Counted from the first letter of the stretch, positions 18,586 through 28,531 are shown. The stretch is 51,144 nt of DNA from Nanobdellota archaeon (GCA_023140175.1 JAGLMD010000057.1:1-51144); one strand, 5' to 3'. Made by a program: numbers and translations. The notes: generated from the letters alone by a model not told the origin.

Positions 18586-19218
18586 ATGCCAATCCCATCT
18601 TTCCTCAAAATCCCACCGACAAAAATAATAGCCATAGGCTTAAACTATAAAACCCACGCCAAAGAACTTAACATGCCTATTCCTAAATCTCCTATTCTTT
18701 TCATGAAGCCAGTCTCATCAATTATAGGCCCAGAAGAAGACATAATCCTTCCAGAAATGTCAAAAAGAGTTGATTATGAAGCAGAACTTGCCTTCATAAT
18801 AAAGAAAAAGGCAAAAAATATAGAAGAAGAAAATGCTTTAGAGTATATTGAAGGATTCACATGCTTAAATGATGTTACAGCAAGAGATTTGCAGAATCTG
18901 GATGGTCAATGGACAAGAGCAAAATCCTTTGATACTTTCTGTCCAATAGGCCCAAAATTAGTAGACACAGATAAACTAGATCCGAACAATCTGAAAATTC
19001 AGCTTTACCTTAATGGAGAATTAAAACAGGATTCATCAACAAAAGAATTTATTTTCAAAATAGAAGAAATACTTTCATTTATCTCAAAGATAATGACCTT
19101 AAACCCAGGAGACATAATAACAACAGGCACTCCTTCAGGTATTGGTCCTATGCATTCAGGTGATACAGTAGAAGTGAGGATAGAAAAGATAGGCGAACTA
19201 AAGAATTATGTAAAATAA
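18586..19218 (+). CDS. Fumarylacetoacetate hydrolase family protein
   Basis: IGLNY..HA.E, DYEAEL, NDVTARD, KSFDTFCPIGP, TGTPSG. Confidence 0.92.
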   Translation: MPIPSFLKIPPTKIIAIGLNYKTHAKELNMPIPKSPILFMKPVSSIIGPEEDIILPEMSKRVDYEAELAFIIKKKAKNIEEENALEYIEGFTCLNDVTARDLQNLDGQWTRAKSFDTFCPIGPKLVDTDKLDPNNLKIQLYLNGELKQDSSTKEFIFKIEEILSFISKIMTLNPGDIITTGTPSGIGPMHSGDTVEVRIEKIGELKNYVK

Positions 19219-19281
19219 GCTATTATTATATAATAAGAAACTATAAAAATCAACTAACACTCCTCTCTTTCTGGTATTACT

Positions 19282-20475
19282 ATGTATAAGTTTATACAAG
19301 CATTTGATTATCAAAAAACAATTGGAATAAATGGAAGAAAAAGGATAGTAAGCCCGCTTACTGAACTTACTCCTCAAGCCGAGCCAGCATTGCTTCGTGA
19401 GTGTACTTCATATCTAGCTAAATATATAAAACCCAGCCATAAGATATTAACAGAAGAACATGGAGCAGGCCATATTGCAGGTGCACTTTCTTATTTAAAT
19501 GGGAATGACCTTGCCATTGCAAGGTGGACTCCCGATGGATTGGCAAAAAGCTTAGAGCAATATTTCAGCAAAGGTGCTATGTATAGGGGGGGTAATCTGA
19601 TCCTTCATGGTGTCCAGCCAGGAGATACTGTAGACATAATTGATGATGTAATGGACAAAGGAGAGACTTTAGAAACACTTATTAGCCTTGTCGAATCTCA
19701 CGGCGCAATTATCTCTGATATATATGTCATTGTAGAAAAGACATACAATGGAAGAAGCATAGGCAGAGAGAATTTGAAATCTAGAGGGCACAAAATAAAC
19801 TCTTTATTAGAAGTTGAAGTATCAGGAGAAATAAGTCATGTAACACAAGCCAATCTCCCTAGGACAATTCGTTATTTAGATAATCCTCAAATTGAATGGT
19901 CTGATAACCTTTTAGCTCGTTCTTACGAAAATCAGGAATTAATCGAACTTGAAAACCACATGCGCTTTATGCTGGTTCCACTTAGTGAACACTACCCTTT
20001 GACTTCAGCCCCCTTATTAAGGGAAACAGTTGACAAACTGTCTAGCTTAATGCCTGAAAATGTCGATAAGATAGTTGCAGAATTTGATAGGTGTGCACAT
20101 ATTCTAGGAGCTATTTCACTGCATACAAAATTACCAATAGGTGGGGCCAAATGGTTTCCAGGACCAATCAACTTAGGCAGTGATTTTAAAATGGAATATT
20201 ACGAAGGGAGATTATTTCCTTATGGGATTAACTCTGGAGATAAATGCTATCTCATAGATGATACAGTAAGCAGTGGTGGAACAATGGTGGGCTTTATCAA
20301 TCTTATAACTAAGATGGGTGCAAAAATTGTTGGTGCCGCAGCCGCAGTTGAAAAAGAAGAGTATAAAGGAATTCAGAGAATAAAGAAAGAAACTGGAATT
20401 GAAGTTGACAGGATTCTGGGAATTTCTATTGCCGGGCAAAAAACAAAAGTTATCTCAGATAGGTTCCGTGAATAA
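19282..20475 (+). CDS. Tandem two-domain type I phosphoribosyltransferase (purine PRT-like)
   Basis: Two PRPP-binding loops (IIDDVMDKGET, LIDDTVSSGGT), each followed by VEK. Confidence 0.75.
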   Translation: MYKFIQAFDYQKTIGINGRKRIVSPLTELTPQAEPALLRECTSYLAKYIKPSHKILTEEHGAGHIAGALSYLNGNDLAIARWTPDGLAKSLEQYFSKGAMYRGGNLILHGVQPGDTVDIIDDVMDKGETLETLISLVESHGAIISDIYVIVEKTYNGRSIGRENLKSRGHKINSLLEVEVSGEISHVTQANLPRTIRYLDNPQIEWSDNLLARSYENQELIELENHMRFMLVPLSEHYPLTSAPLLRETVDKLSSLMPENVDKIVAEFDRCAHILGAISLHTKLPIGGAKWFPGPINLGSDFKMEYYEGRLFPYGINSGDKCYLIDDTVSSGGTMVGFINLITKMGAKIVGAAAAVEKEEYKGIQRIKKETGIEVDRILGISIAGQKTKVISDRFRE

Positions 20476-20477
20476 AT

Positions 20478-21251
20478 TCACTTCACTCTTATCAACTCAG
20501 TCGGTTTTTCTCTATATGTCAGCATTGTCTTTAAATTTTGAAGATCCTTTCTTTCACGCAGCATAGAATTAAAAGTATTTAATGCAACATCAGGGGTATT
20601 ATTATTCAAACTCAGGTGAGAGAGCAAAACATATTGTAATTTTCTTTTTCCATGCTCCAGCACAAGCAGGCCCGCATCATAGTTGGACAAATGGCCTTTA
20701 TCACCCCCAATCCTCTTCTTCAGATAGTGAGGATAAGATCCATTTTTCAGCATATTAGTATCATGATTGGATTCAAGGATAACTAAATCAGATTCTGCCA
20801 CACTTTTGATGACATTATCACAGCTATATCCTATGTCTGTTATTATGCTTACTTTTTTGCCCTTGTTCTTTATCAAATAACTTACCGGGTCAGCCGCTTC
20901 ATGGCTTTTGGAAAATGGAAGTATCTTCAATCCATTTAAATTAATTTCTTCATCACTTTTTATCAGGTTCACATTACTCTTATCAAGATAACAATTCCTC
21001 AAAGTTCCTTTATTGATATAAACAGGAATATTATACTTTCTCGTCAACACATCTATCCCTCTTGTATGGTCTCCATGCTCATGCGTTACAAAAATTCCCT
21101 TTATATCTCTAATATCCTTGCCTATCTGTTCTAATCTTTGAGAAATCTGCTTGCAGCTTATCCCAGCATCGATCAATATATCTCCTTTATCACTTCCAAT
21201 ATAAAAGCAATTTCCAGAGCTTCCGGATGCAAGAACACTTACTTCGAACAT
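20478..21251 (-). CDS. MBL-fold metallohydrolase (YycJ/WalJ-like)
   Basis: LASGSSGN, THEHGDH, ESNHD, GHLSN, HLS..NN; true start probably MFEV at 21251. Confidence 0.9.
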   Translation of the reverse strand: MFEVSVLASGSSGNCFYIGSDKGDILIDAGISCKQISQRLEQIGKDIRDIKGIFVTHEHGDHTRGIDVLTRKYNIPVYINKGTLRNCYLDKSNVNLIKSDEEINLNGLKILPFSKSHEAADPVSYLIKNKGKKVSIITDIGYSCDNVIKSVAESDLVILESNHDTNMLKNGSYPHYLKKRIGGDKGHLSNYDAGLLVLEHGKRKLQYVLLSHLSLNNNTPDVALNTFNSMLRERKDLQNLKTMLTYREKPTELIRVK

Positions 21252-21488
21252 ATGTTTAATTCGGATACAATTTATTATTAAACTTAATGGTTTTTGTAAC
21301 TTCAAAAGCAATTTGCTCAAAAATTTGAATATAACGCTGAGAAGATGATTGAGTATTATTTTCCCCCTATCCGTTAGAGATATTGATTTGATTCCACTAT
21401 ACAACTACTTTGCGCCTGTTATGTTCTCCGAACGAAGTGGGGATTGATTTTTAGTGCAACACTCGGGCGAAGCCCGAAAAAATCAAAG

Positions 21489-21523
21489 TCGTCGTGTCTA
21501 TAGTTTTTTTTGGGGTTGTCGTC
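21489..21523. repeat. Left copy of bipartite inverted repeat flanking the serpin
   Basis: Reverse complement gacgacaacccc-N11-tagacacgacga matches 23004..23037. Confidence 0.55.
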
Positions 21524-21580
21524 TCCTTTTTCCCACTAAAAAAAGAAGAGAATTAAATAATATTTTTTAGGTGGGAATCT

Positions 21581-22858
21581 TTATTGTTGAGTCGGATCAC
21601 TCATTCTTCCTAAAAATAATATGTTTCCAGTTTCTTTTTCCTGAATGATAAATACAAATGGATGATCTGCCATGAACATGTTTGAGAATCCAGCTGATTT
21701 TTCTGCCATTATTACTGCAGTTGCAGCAGCAGCTTCTGTTCCTTCTTCATTAACTTCAACAAAAGCCTGATGGATTACTTGACTAATATAAAGTCTATCT
21801 GTTCCATCCATACCCGAGAAATCTGCAGCCATTGAAAAAGCAGTTGGCATACCCATCTGCTTTAAATCTTCTTTCATAAAGTATTTTGTTTCAAATTTGA
21901 ATTTAGGCATATGTACATCAATCTTTCTTTCTTGAAGTGAATTTCGCCATTCATTAAGTTTTTCAGGAGTAAGTGATTGTTCAAATTCGTCTAAGGTGCC
22001 TTCTCTTGGTAAAAGCACAAGCATAGATAATTCTTCACCTTTGTAAGGCATTTCAAGAATCTGAAGATTTTCTGTTTCTGCATAATTGAATTTTGCTTTT
22101 TCTCCTGTAAGGGTCATCATTTGTGCTTTTACATTTTTAGTAGGAATAACTTTAAAATCAGCTTCTCTAGTTTTCTTTTTGTCAAATTGTAATACCCAAT
22201 CTCCTTTGAAATATATAGCATTTGTTAAAACTAATCTTGTATCCGGCTTTATAACAGGAGGACTTTTTGGTAAAAGCTCTTTAATTTTATTATTGGTTTG
22301 TTCTTCAATAAATGCATTGATGGTTTGCCTTGATTTTTCTGTTTCTTTTTTAAAATCAAGATTTGCTACTTGTCCACCATAATATTGCCCAACTCTAGAG
22401 AAATATTCTTCAAGAAATTGGTAATCATATTGAGCCCATAAAGCATTGCCTGTCATCAATTTATAGGGCTTATCTTTTTTATTTATATTATTATAAATTG
22501 CTGCAGAATTTGGTCTTAATATGCCAAATTCAGGAAAATGAAAAACTGATTGCATTTCTTCAGCTGTTTGTCCTCTGGCTCCCTCATAAGTCATTGCTAA
22601 TGCTGTTGAAATACTATAGGGAGAAAAGAAAATATTTGAATCCTTATATTTAGGATCATCTTTATATTTTGAATATATATCAAAAGCAAATTGATTATTT
22701 GCACTTACAACTTGTTGAATCCCTTGTTGTGTTGAACCAGTATCATCTGTTTGTGGTGGTTGGTCTGGTTGATAGGGAAAAAGAAACAATATTGCTGTAG
22801 CAGTTACAATAGCTGCCATAAGAAGTGCTATTCCGATTGTTAAAAACTTTTTGTTCAT
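21581..22858 (-). CDS. Membrane-anchored/secreted serpin
   Basis: N-terminal hydrophobic segment; NIFFSPYSI, LVLTNAIYFKG.W, EEGTEAAAAT hinge, F.ADHPF, ILFLGR. Confidence 0.96.
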   Translation of the reverse strand: MNKKFLTIGIALLMAAIVTATAILFLFPYQPDQPPQTDDTGSTQQGIQQVVSANNQFAFDIYSKYKDDPKYKDSNIFFSPYSISTALAMTYEGARGQTAEEMQSVFHFPEFGILRPNSAAIYNNINKKDKPYKLMTGNALWAQYDYQFLEEYFSRVGQYYGGQVANLDFKKETEKSRQTINAFIEEQTNNKIKELLPKSPPVIKPDTRLVLTNAIYFKGDWVLQFDKKKTREADFKVIPTKNVKAQMMTLTGEKAKFNYAETENLQILEMPYKGEELSMLVLLPREGTLDEFEQSLTPEKLNEWRNSLQERKIDVHMPKFKFETKYFMKEDLKQMGMPTAFSMAADFSGMDGTDRLYISQVIHQAFVEVNEEGTEAAAATAVIMAEKSAGFSNMFMADHPFVFIIQEKETGNILFLGRMSDPTQQ

Positions 22859-23003
22859 ATAATAAAATAATAATTTAGCTAATATATAAATGTTTTTTTA
22901 GCTTCAAGTTGATTTGAAGTAAGTATTAATGTCAGGTGGGGAAAATATTATTTCTATTAATCTCAAAAATGAAGTTTTTGACTAAATATCCCGAAGGGAT
23001 GGC

Positions 23004-23037
23004 GACAACAACCCCCTTTAATAAATATACACAACGA
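23004..23037. repeat. Right copy of bipartite inverted repeat flanking the serpin
   Basis: gacaacaacccc-N10-tatacacaacga. Confidence 0.55.
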
Positions 23038-23167
23038 TTGAATATAATATTCGCTTAATCTTTACTTTTAAGTGCAATATCTTTGGGTTTATTGCAGATT
23101 ATCTTCATATACCTAAAATTCAATAATAATTTAAAGGAACATAAAATTCCCATACTGGGTGATTGTT

Positions 23168-24808
23168 ATGAGAAGTGATATAATCAAGAAAGGAGTTGAA
23201 ACCTTGCCCCATAGGGCATTATTTATGAGTGCGGGGGTAAAAAAAGAAGATTTAGAAGCAGGTAAACCCTTCATAGGCGTGGCAAATAGTTACAATAATA
23301 TTGTTCCGGGACATATACTCCTAAATGACCTTACAAACGAAGTGATAAGGGGGATTGAAGATGGCGGAGGAATTCCTCTTGTTTGGGGAGTGCCTGCAGT
23401 TTGCGATGGCCAGGCAATGTATGTAGAAATGCGTTTAAGTTTGCCCTCAAGAGAACACATAGCAGACAACATAGAAATAATGACATTGTCTCATTCTATG
23501 GATGGATGGGTAGGTGTAACTAATTGTGATAAGATTACTCCAGGCATGCTTATGGCTGCAGGAAGGTTAGATCTCCCTTCTATAATCCTCACAGGCGGAC
23601 CCATGAAGACTCATATCTGCGAAGATGGGAAAAAACACCATCCTATTGAAGGCTTTGGGATAGTTGGGCAGGTCAAAGCTGGCAAAATAAGCGAAGATGA
23701 AGCAAACAAAATGCTGCCTTGTCTTGCCTGCGGAGCAGGCTCTTGTGTCGGCCTTTATACAGCAAACACAATGGCATGTGTTACAGAAACATTAGGGATG
23801 TCTTTGACAAAATGTGCAACAACCCTTGCTTTAGATCCGGAAAAGAAAAAACAGGCATATGAAACAGGGAAAAAAATTGTAGAATTAGTAAAACAAGACA
23901 TAAAACCATCACAAATAATGACTAAAGAATCCTTTGAAAATGCAATAAGGGTAGATATGACTATGGGCGGCTCAACAAATGCTGTTCTTCATATTCCAGC
24001 TATAGCAAGAGAGCTCGGAATTGATATAGATGTGACAATGTTTGATAAGATAGCACAAGAAACCCCTAATATCTGCAAAATTATTCCGGCAGGCACATAT
24101 GAGATGGCTGATCTTGATAAAGCAGGAGGCATTCCAGCAGTCCTGAATAGAATAAAGAAAATGCTTAATGATAACCTGACAGTAAATGATGGTTCAATAA
24201 AAGAGATTGCAACTGAAGCTAAAGTCCTGGATGATGATATCATAAGGCCATTAGATAATCCCTATTTTGAACAGGGTGGAATAGCAGTCCTGAAAGGCAA
24301 CATAGCAAACAGTTCAGTAATAAAGCAGACTGCAGTAGAAAAAGAAATGATGGTTCATTCAGGTCCGGCAAAAGTCTTTACCTCAGAGCCGGATTTATTA
24401 AGGGCAATAGAGAAAAAACAAATAACAGAAGGGGATGTTATTGTCCTGAATTTCATGGGGCCTGCAGGCGCCCCGGGCATGCCTGAAATGTTAACCCCGA
24501 CAGATGCTATAAAAGGAGCAGGCTATAAAAAAGTGGCATTAATTACAGATGGCAGATTTTCTGGCGGCACATCCGGCCCATGTGTAGGCCATGTTGAGAT
24601 GGAAGCATATAATAAAGGCCCGATAGCAGCTATAAAAGACGGCGACATAATAGAAATTGATATTCCAAACAGGAAATTAAATGTAAATCTGACAGATGAA
24701 GAGATAAAACAAAGACTTAAGGAAATACAGCCGCCAAAAAGAAAGACAACACCCTTGCTGGAGGCATACAGGAATAAATTCATTGGTAAAAACTGCTATG
24801 GAAAATAA
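23168..24808 (+). CDS. ilvD: Dihydroxy-acid dehydratase
   Basis: VCDG, NCDKITPG, GSC.GLYTANTM, GGSTN, GPAGAPGMPEM, TDGRFSGGT; start MRSD (track uses GTG at 23159). Confidence 0.95.
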   Translation: MRSDIIKKGVETLPHRALFMSAGVKKEDLEAGKPFIGVANSYNNIVPGHILLNDLTNEVIRGIEDGGGIPLVWGVPAVCDGQAMYVEMRLSLPSREHIADNIEIMTLSHSMDGWVGVTNCDKITPGMLMAAGRLDLPSIILTGGPMKTHICEDGKKHHPIEGFGIVGQVKAGKISEDEANKMLPCLACGAGSCVGLYTANTMACVTETLGMSLTKCATTLALDPEKKKQAYETGKKIVELVKQDIKPSQIMTKESFENAIRVDMTMGGSTNAVLHIPAIARELGIDIDVTMFDKIAQETPNICKIIPAGTYEMADLDKAGGIPAVLNRIKKMLNDNLTVNDGSIKEIATEAKVLDDDIIRPLDNPYFEQGGIAVLKGNIANSSVIKQTAVEKEMMVHSGPAKVFTSEPDLLRAIEKKQITEGDVIVLNFMGPAGAPGMPEMLTPTDAIKGAGYKKVALITDGRFSGGTSGPCVGHVEMEAYNKGPIAAIKDGDIIEIDIPNRKLNVNLTDEEIKQRLKEIQPPKRKTTPLLEAYRNKFIGKNCYGK

Positions 24809-24817
24809 ACATAAACA

Positions 24818-25696
24818 ATGCAAGCAATAGTATCAGTTCTGAATACAGTAATACCAGTATTTCTTATTATTCTTTTAGGTTTTTTAATTGGTAGAAAGAA
24901 GCAGATAAATATCCAGCCAATAATAGATTTAATAGTCTATATCGCAGGCCCCTCTCTGATATTTACTTCTATGTCAAGGTCAGAAATATCTATATCAGAT
25001 TTTTCAGCTATCTTCTTTGCAGCGACATTGATTATCATCATCTTAGGCTCTTTATTTTTCTTTATATTGAAAATAACGAAATCAAAGAAGGTAGGCTTGT
25101 ACCTTCCCGCAGTTATTGGTAACACAGGCTATCTTGGTTATCCTGTTGCTTTATTTGCATTTGGAAATTTAGGATTATCCCATGCAATAGTATATGATAT
25201 GGCTAACTCTCTTTTTATATTCAGCTTAGGAATATATATAGTCCATCACAAAAACGAGTTTAAGGAAATATTGAAAGTACCACTGATCTATGCAGTAGTC
25301 TTTGGTGTTCTATTCAATATTTTTCAAATACATGTTCCTGATGCTGTCTTTAAGCCAATGGAAATGATTGGTGCAATAACTATTCCTGCAGCCCTGCTTA
25401 TTTTAGGATATAAGCTAACTGAGATAAGATTATCTAAAATAAAAATAGCTTTGCTGGTGTCTTTATTTAAGGTAGTTGGAGGATTTATAGTGGGCTTAAC
25501 TATAATCTCAATAATCAATATTGAAGGCACCCTAAGAAATATAATTCTTATCCAATCAGCAATGCCCTCTGCTGTTATGTCAATGATACTTACTCATAAA
25601 TATGGCAGGGACTCTGACCTCGCAGCCTCTGTTGTACTCATAAGTACAGTTATGAGCATAATAACAATCCCATTAATCCTTTTATTTGTGTTATAA
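24818..25696 (+). CDS. AEC (auxin efflux carrier) family transporter
   Basis: ~10 TM segments, GNTGYLGYP, SAMPSAV motifs. Confidence 0.88.
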   Translation: MQAIVSVLNTVIPVFLIILLGFLIGRKKQINIQPIIDLIVYIAGPSLIFTSMSRSEISISDFSAIFFAATLIIIILGSLFFFILKITKSKKVGLYLPAVIGNTGYLGYPVALFAFGNLGLSHAIVYDMANSLFIFSLGIYIVHHKNEFKEILKVPLIYAVVFGVLFNIFQIHVPDAVFKPMEMIGAITIPAALLILGYKLTEIRLSKIKIALLVSLFKVVGGFIVGLTIISIINIEGTLRNIILIQSAMPSAVMSMILTHKYGRDSDLAASVVLISTVMSIITIPLILLFVL

Positions 25697-25753
25697 CTGT
25701 TACATAAAATATTTAAACAAAATTACATTTTTCACACTGAGATAAGGAGTAAG

Positions 25754-26662
25754 ATGAAAGAAACAAAGTATATCTGGATGGATGGTAAATTAGTGCCATG
25801 GAAAGATGCTAAGGTCCATGTACTTTGTCATAGCCTGCACTACGGCCTGGGCGTTTTTGAAGGCATAAGATTCTATGAAACAGATAAAGGCCCGGCAGTC
25901 TTCAGATTAAAAGACCATATAAAAAGATTATTTGACGGTGCCAAAAAAACATTTATGGAAGTGCCTTTTTCAGAAGAAGAAATAAGCCAGGCAGTCATAG
26001 AAACAATCGCGAAGAATGAAATAAAAGAAGGATATGTAAGGCCAATTTTCTTCTATGGATATGGGAAAATGGGTCTTGATCCTCATGGTGCACCTGTAAA
26101 TATCTCCATTGCTGTATGGCCTTGGGATCCCTTTCTCGGGGAAGATGCTATAAAAGTAAAAACCTCAAGTTTTATCAGGCTGCATCCTAAATCAACCCGC
26201 GCAGAATGCAAAATATCCGGCCATTATGTCAATTCAATTTTTGCATCATGTGAAGCAAAAGCAGAAGGTTATAGGGAGGCATTATTGTTGGATTATAATG
26301 ATAATATAGCAGAAGGCCCTGGCGAGAATATTTTTATTGTCAGGGGCGGCAAATTATTAACTCCAAAACTTGGAAATATATTAGAGGGGATAACAAGAAA
26401 ATCAATAATTGAAATAGCAAAGGACGAAGGAATTGAAGTAGAAGAAACAACATTGAAGCAGGAAGATATATATGGTGCTGAGGAATCTTTCTTTACAGGC
26501 ACAGCAGCAGAAGTCTCACCTATTGCCTCTCTAGACAAAAAGCCCATAGGAAAAGAAGTCCCTGGACCAATTACAAAAAAATTAAAAGAAACATTTCTTG
26601 ATATAGTTCATGACAGGAACAAGAAATATGAAAAATGGCTGACTTATGTTAATAATTCTTAG
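25754..26662 (+). CDS. ilvE: Branched-chain amino acid aminotransferase
   Basis: HSLHYG.GVFEGIR, K.SG.YVNS, EGPGENIF, ILEGITR, TGTAAEV. Confidence 0.95.
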   Translation: MKETKYIWMDGKLVPWKDAKVHVLCHSLHYGLGVFEGIRFYETDKGPAVFRLKDHIKRLFDGAKKTFMEVPFSEEEISQAVIETIAKNEIKEGYVRPIFFYGYGKMGLDPHGAPVNISIAVWPWDPFLGEDAIKVKTSSFIRLHPKSTRAECKISGHYVNSIFASCEAKAEGYREALLLDYNDNIAEGPGENIFIVRGGKLLTPKLGNILEGITRKSIIEIAKDEGIEVEETTLKQEDIYGAEESFFTGTAAEVSPIASLDKKPIGKEVPGPITKKLKETFLDIVHDRNKKYEKWLTYVNNS

Positions 26663-27093
26663 AAAATCAAAAAAACACTCACCCCAATAAAAAACCCGAT
26701 AATAATTCCAGCCAATACTTCTATAGGCTTATGCCCCATGGAATAGCGCAGTTGATGTATCTTCAGTTTCTCTAATTTTATTATCTTATTGACAATCTTA
26801 GCTTCTTCACCAGCAGTCCTTCTCACTCCCATAGAATCTGTTATTACAATTATAAAAAGTACAATTGCAGCCGCACTTAAGCCGCTAAGGCCGTACTCCA
26901 ATAACGATATAGCAAAAAGCGAGCTTACTAAAGCACAATGGGTGCTTGGCATTCCTCCTGTAACAACAAAATCACTCAATAATACGCCCTTTTTATCCTT
27001 AATCACATTCAAAATTATTTTTAATCCCTGGGAGATAAAAGCTGCACACATAACTGCAAAAAATACCTTATTATTTATTATCCATTCTATCAT
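26659..27093 (-). CDS. Divergent PAP2 family (DUF212) membrane protein
   Basis: GGMPSTH, D.MGVRR.AG, GH.P.EV. Confidence 0.9.
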   Translation of the reverse strand: MIEWIINNKVFFAVMCAAFISQGLKIILNVIKDKKGVLLSDFVVTGGMPSTHCALVSSLFAISLLEYGLSGLSAAAIVLFIIVITDSMGVRRTAGEEAKIVNKIIKLEKLKIHQLRYSMGHKPIEVLAGIIIGFFIGVSVFLIF

Positions 27094-27150
27094 ATCCTAA
27101 AATTAAAACCAGAAATATAAAAATCTTTGTAAAATGCGCTTAAAAAAAGT

Positions 27151-27425
27151 AGGCAGACACACCCGGAAATGGATACTACAACAAAAGACCAGTTTGCCCC
27201 CGCTCTTCCTCTGCCCCGCTACCCTAAGAGCACCAGTTTAATCAGTTATAGCTGCTTCATTCCTGATCTGACTAGGTTCCTGAAAAAACCAATCCCAAAG
27301 GACAAAGCCTCATTGTCTGAGCAAGGACTGTTCCTTTATCATAATACCTCTTTCTAAGCTTCAGCTCCGCCGTATAGCCCGGTTGCGGTTACAGTGCAGG
27401 GCTAATGCACCAGCCTAGTCTGCCC
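27151..27425 (-). ncRNA. ffs: Archaeal SRP (7S) RNA
   Basis: 5' GGCAGAC pairs with 3' GUCUGCC; Alu-like 5' domain with CUGUAAC; helix-8-like GUCAGAUCA-GGAA-UGAAGCAGC; GC-rich island; ends approximate. Confidence 0.88.
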
Positions 27426-27567
27426 GCACCTTGTAAATATATAATCTCTTTTAAATCTAACGAAAAAATGTGGCAAAACCATAAAGAACATCATACCACT
27501 CTGCTTATTCTTCTCCATCTTTAAAAGAAGCCGAAAACAAAAGCTTTATTAATTTCGGCACTTCTAA

Positions 27568-28431
27568 ATGGGTCATAGGGGGATAAAAATAGATTCATCA
27601 ATATTATTTTTAGGCACAGGTACCGGCGCAGCCATAACTGGAAAAGGCATAAGGTCTTCAGGAGGCATAATTCTTAGATTTATGGGCAACCAGTTTCATA
27701 TTGACCCAGGCATCGGCGCAATAACCAAGGCAGCAGAATTCGGTGTAAATCTTCGTGAAAATACAGCTGTTTTAGTTTCTCATACCCATCTTAACCATTC
27801 TAATGATACCAATGCAGTCATAGATGCCATGACTTATTCTGGCCTGGACAAAAAAGGGGTCCTTATAGCTAACAAGACCAGCTTACAAGGTACAGAAGAT
27901 TATGATAATGTGATATCTAAATACCATAGGAATCTTTTAGAGCGTTTCATAGCAGTCGATAGGGGCCAAAGAATAGGTATAAATGAGGTGGAAATACAGA
28001 CAATAACAGCCCGCCATAATGAGCCAAATAGCCTAGGCTTTAAATTTTTCACCCCAGATTTTACACTTACTTATACTGGAGACACAGTCTATGCAGTTGA
28101 TATAGTGGAGCAGTATATGAATTCAAATATTCTTATCCTCAATGTTCCAAATATAAAAAAATCAGGGCATAATCTCTGCACAGAGGATGCTATAAAAATC
28201 ATCCAGAAAGTAAACCCCCGATTAGCAATAATAACTCATTTCGGTTATGAGATGATTAGGTCAGATCCTTTATATATTGTAAGGGAAATCCAGAAACAAA
28301 CAGGTATACAGACATTAGCAGCTAAAGATGGTATGGCAATAAACCCAATATCTTACTCTGCCTCCGCGGGTCAGAAAACTTTACAGGGTTTTAAGAAATC
28401 TGTCGATGCCTCTCCCAAAGAAGGAACTTAG
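27568..28431 (+). CDS. MBL-fold metallohydrolase, archaeal type
   Basis: FLGTG, IDPG.GA, SHTHLNH..D, YTGDT, ITHFG; start uncertain. Confidence 0.8.
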   Translation: MGHRGIKIDSSILFLGTGTGAAITGKGIRSSGGIILRFMGNQFHIDPGIGAITKAAEFGVNLRENTAVLVSHTHLNHSNDTNAVIDAMTYSGLDKKGVLIANKTSLQGTEDYDNVISKYHRNLLERFIAVDRGQRIGINEVEIQTITARHNEPNSLGFKFFTPDFTLTYTGDTVYAVDIVEQYMNSNILILNVPNIKKSGHNLCTEDAIKIIQKVNPRLAIITHFGYEMIRSDPLYIVREIQKQTGIQTLAAKDGMAINPISYSASAGQKTLQGFKKSVDASPKEGT

Positions 28432-28432
28432 T

Positions 28433-28531
28433 TTATTGCAGATTAAATTAAAAATTTATCATTATCTAATATTTAATCTGCAAGGGTGGAAATTTAACCT
28501 AATGAAATTTTTTTAGTTAAATTTCCAATAA
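28433..28531. repeat. Double long hairpin between convergent genes
   Basis: ttgcagattaaat/atttaatctgcaa (13 bp) and tggaaatttaac/gttaaatttcca (12 bp) perfect stems. Confidence 0.7.

Noticed and set aside
21252-21404. N-terminal extension of the MBL hydrolase ORF (similar extensions on ilvC, trpE, trpG, presenilin and TRAM)
   Set aside because: Family motifs and SD positions favour the downstream ATGs.
27169-27357. 62-aa plus-strand ORF
   Set aside because: Lies antisense within the SRP RNA gene.
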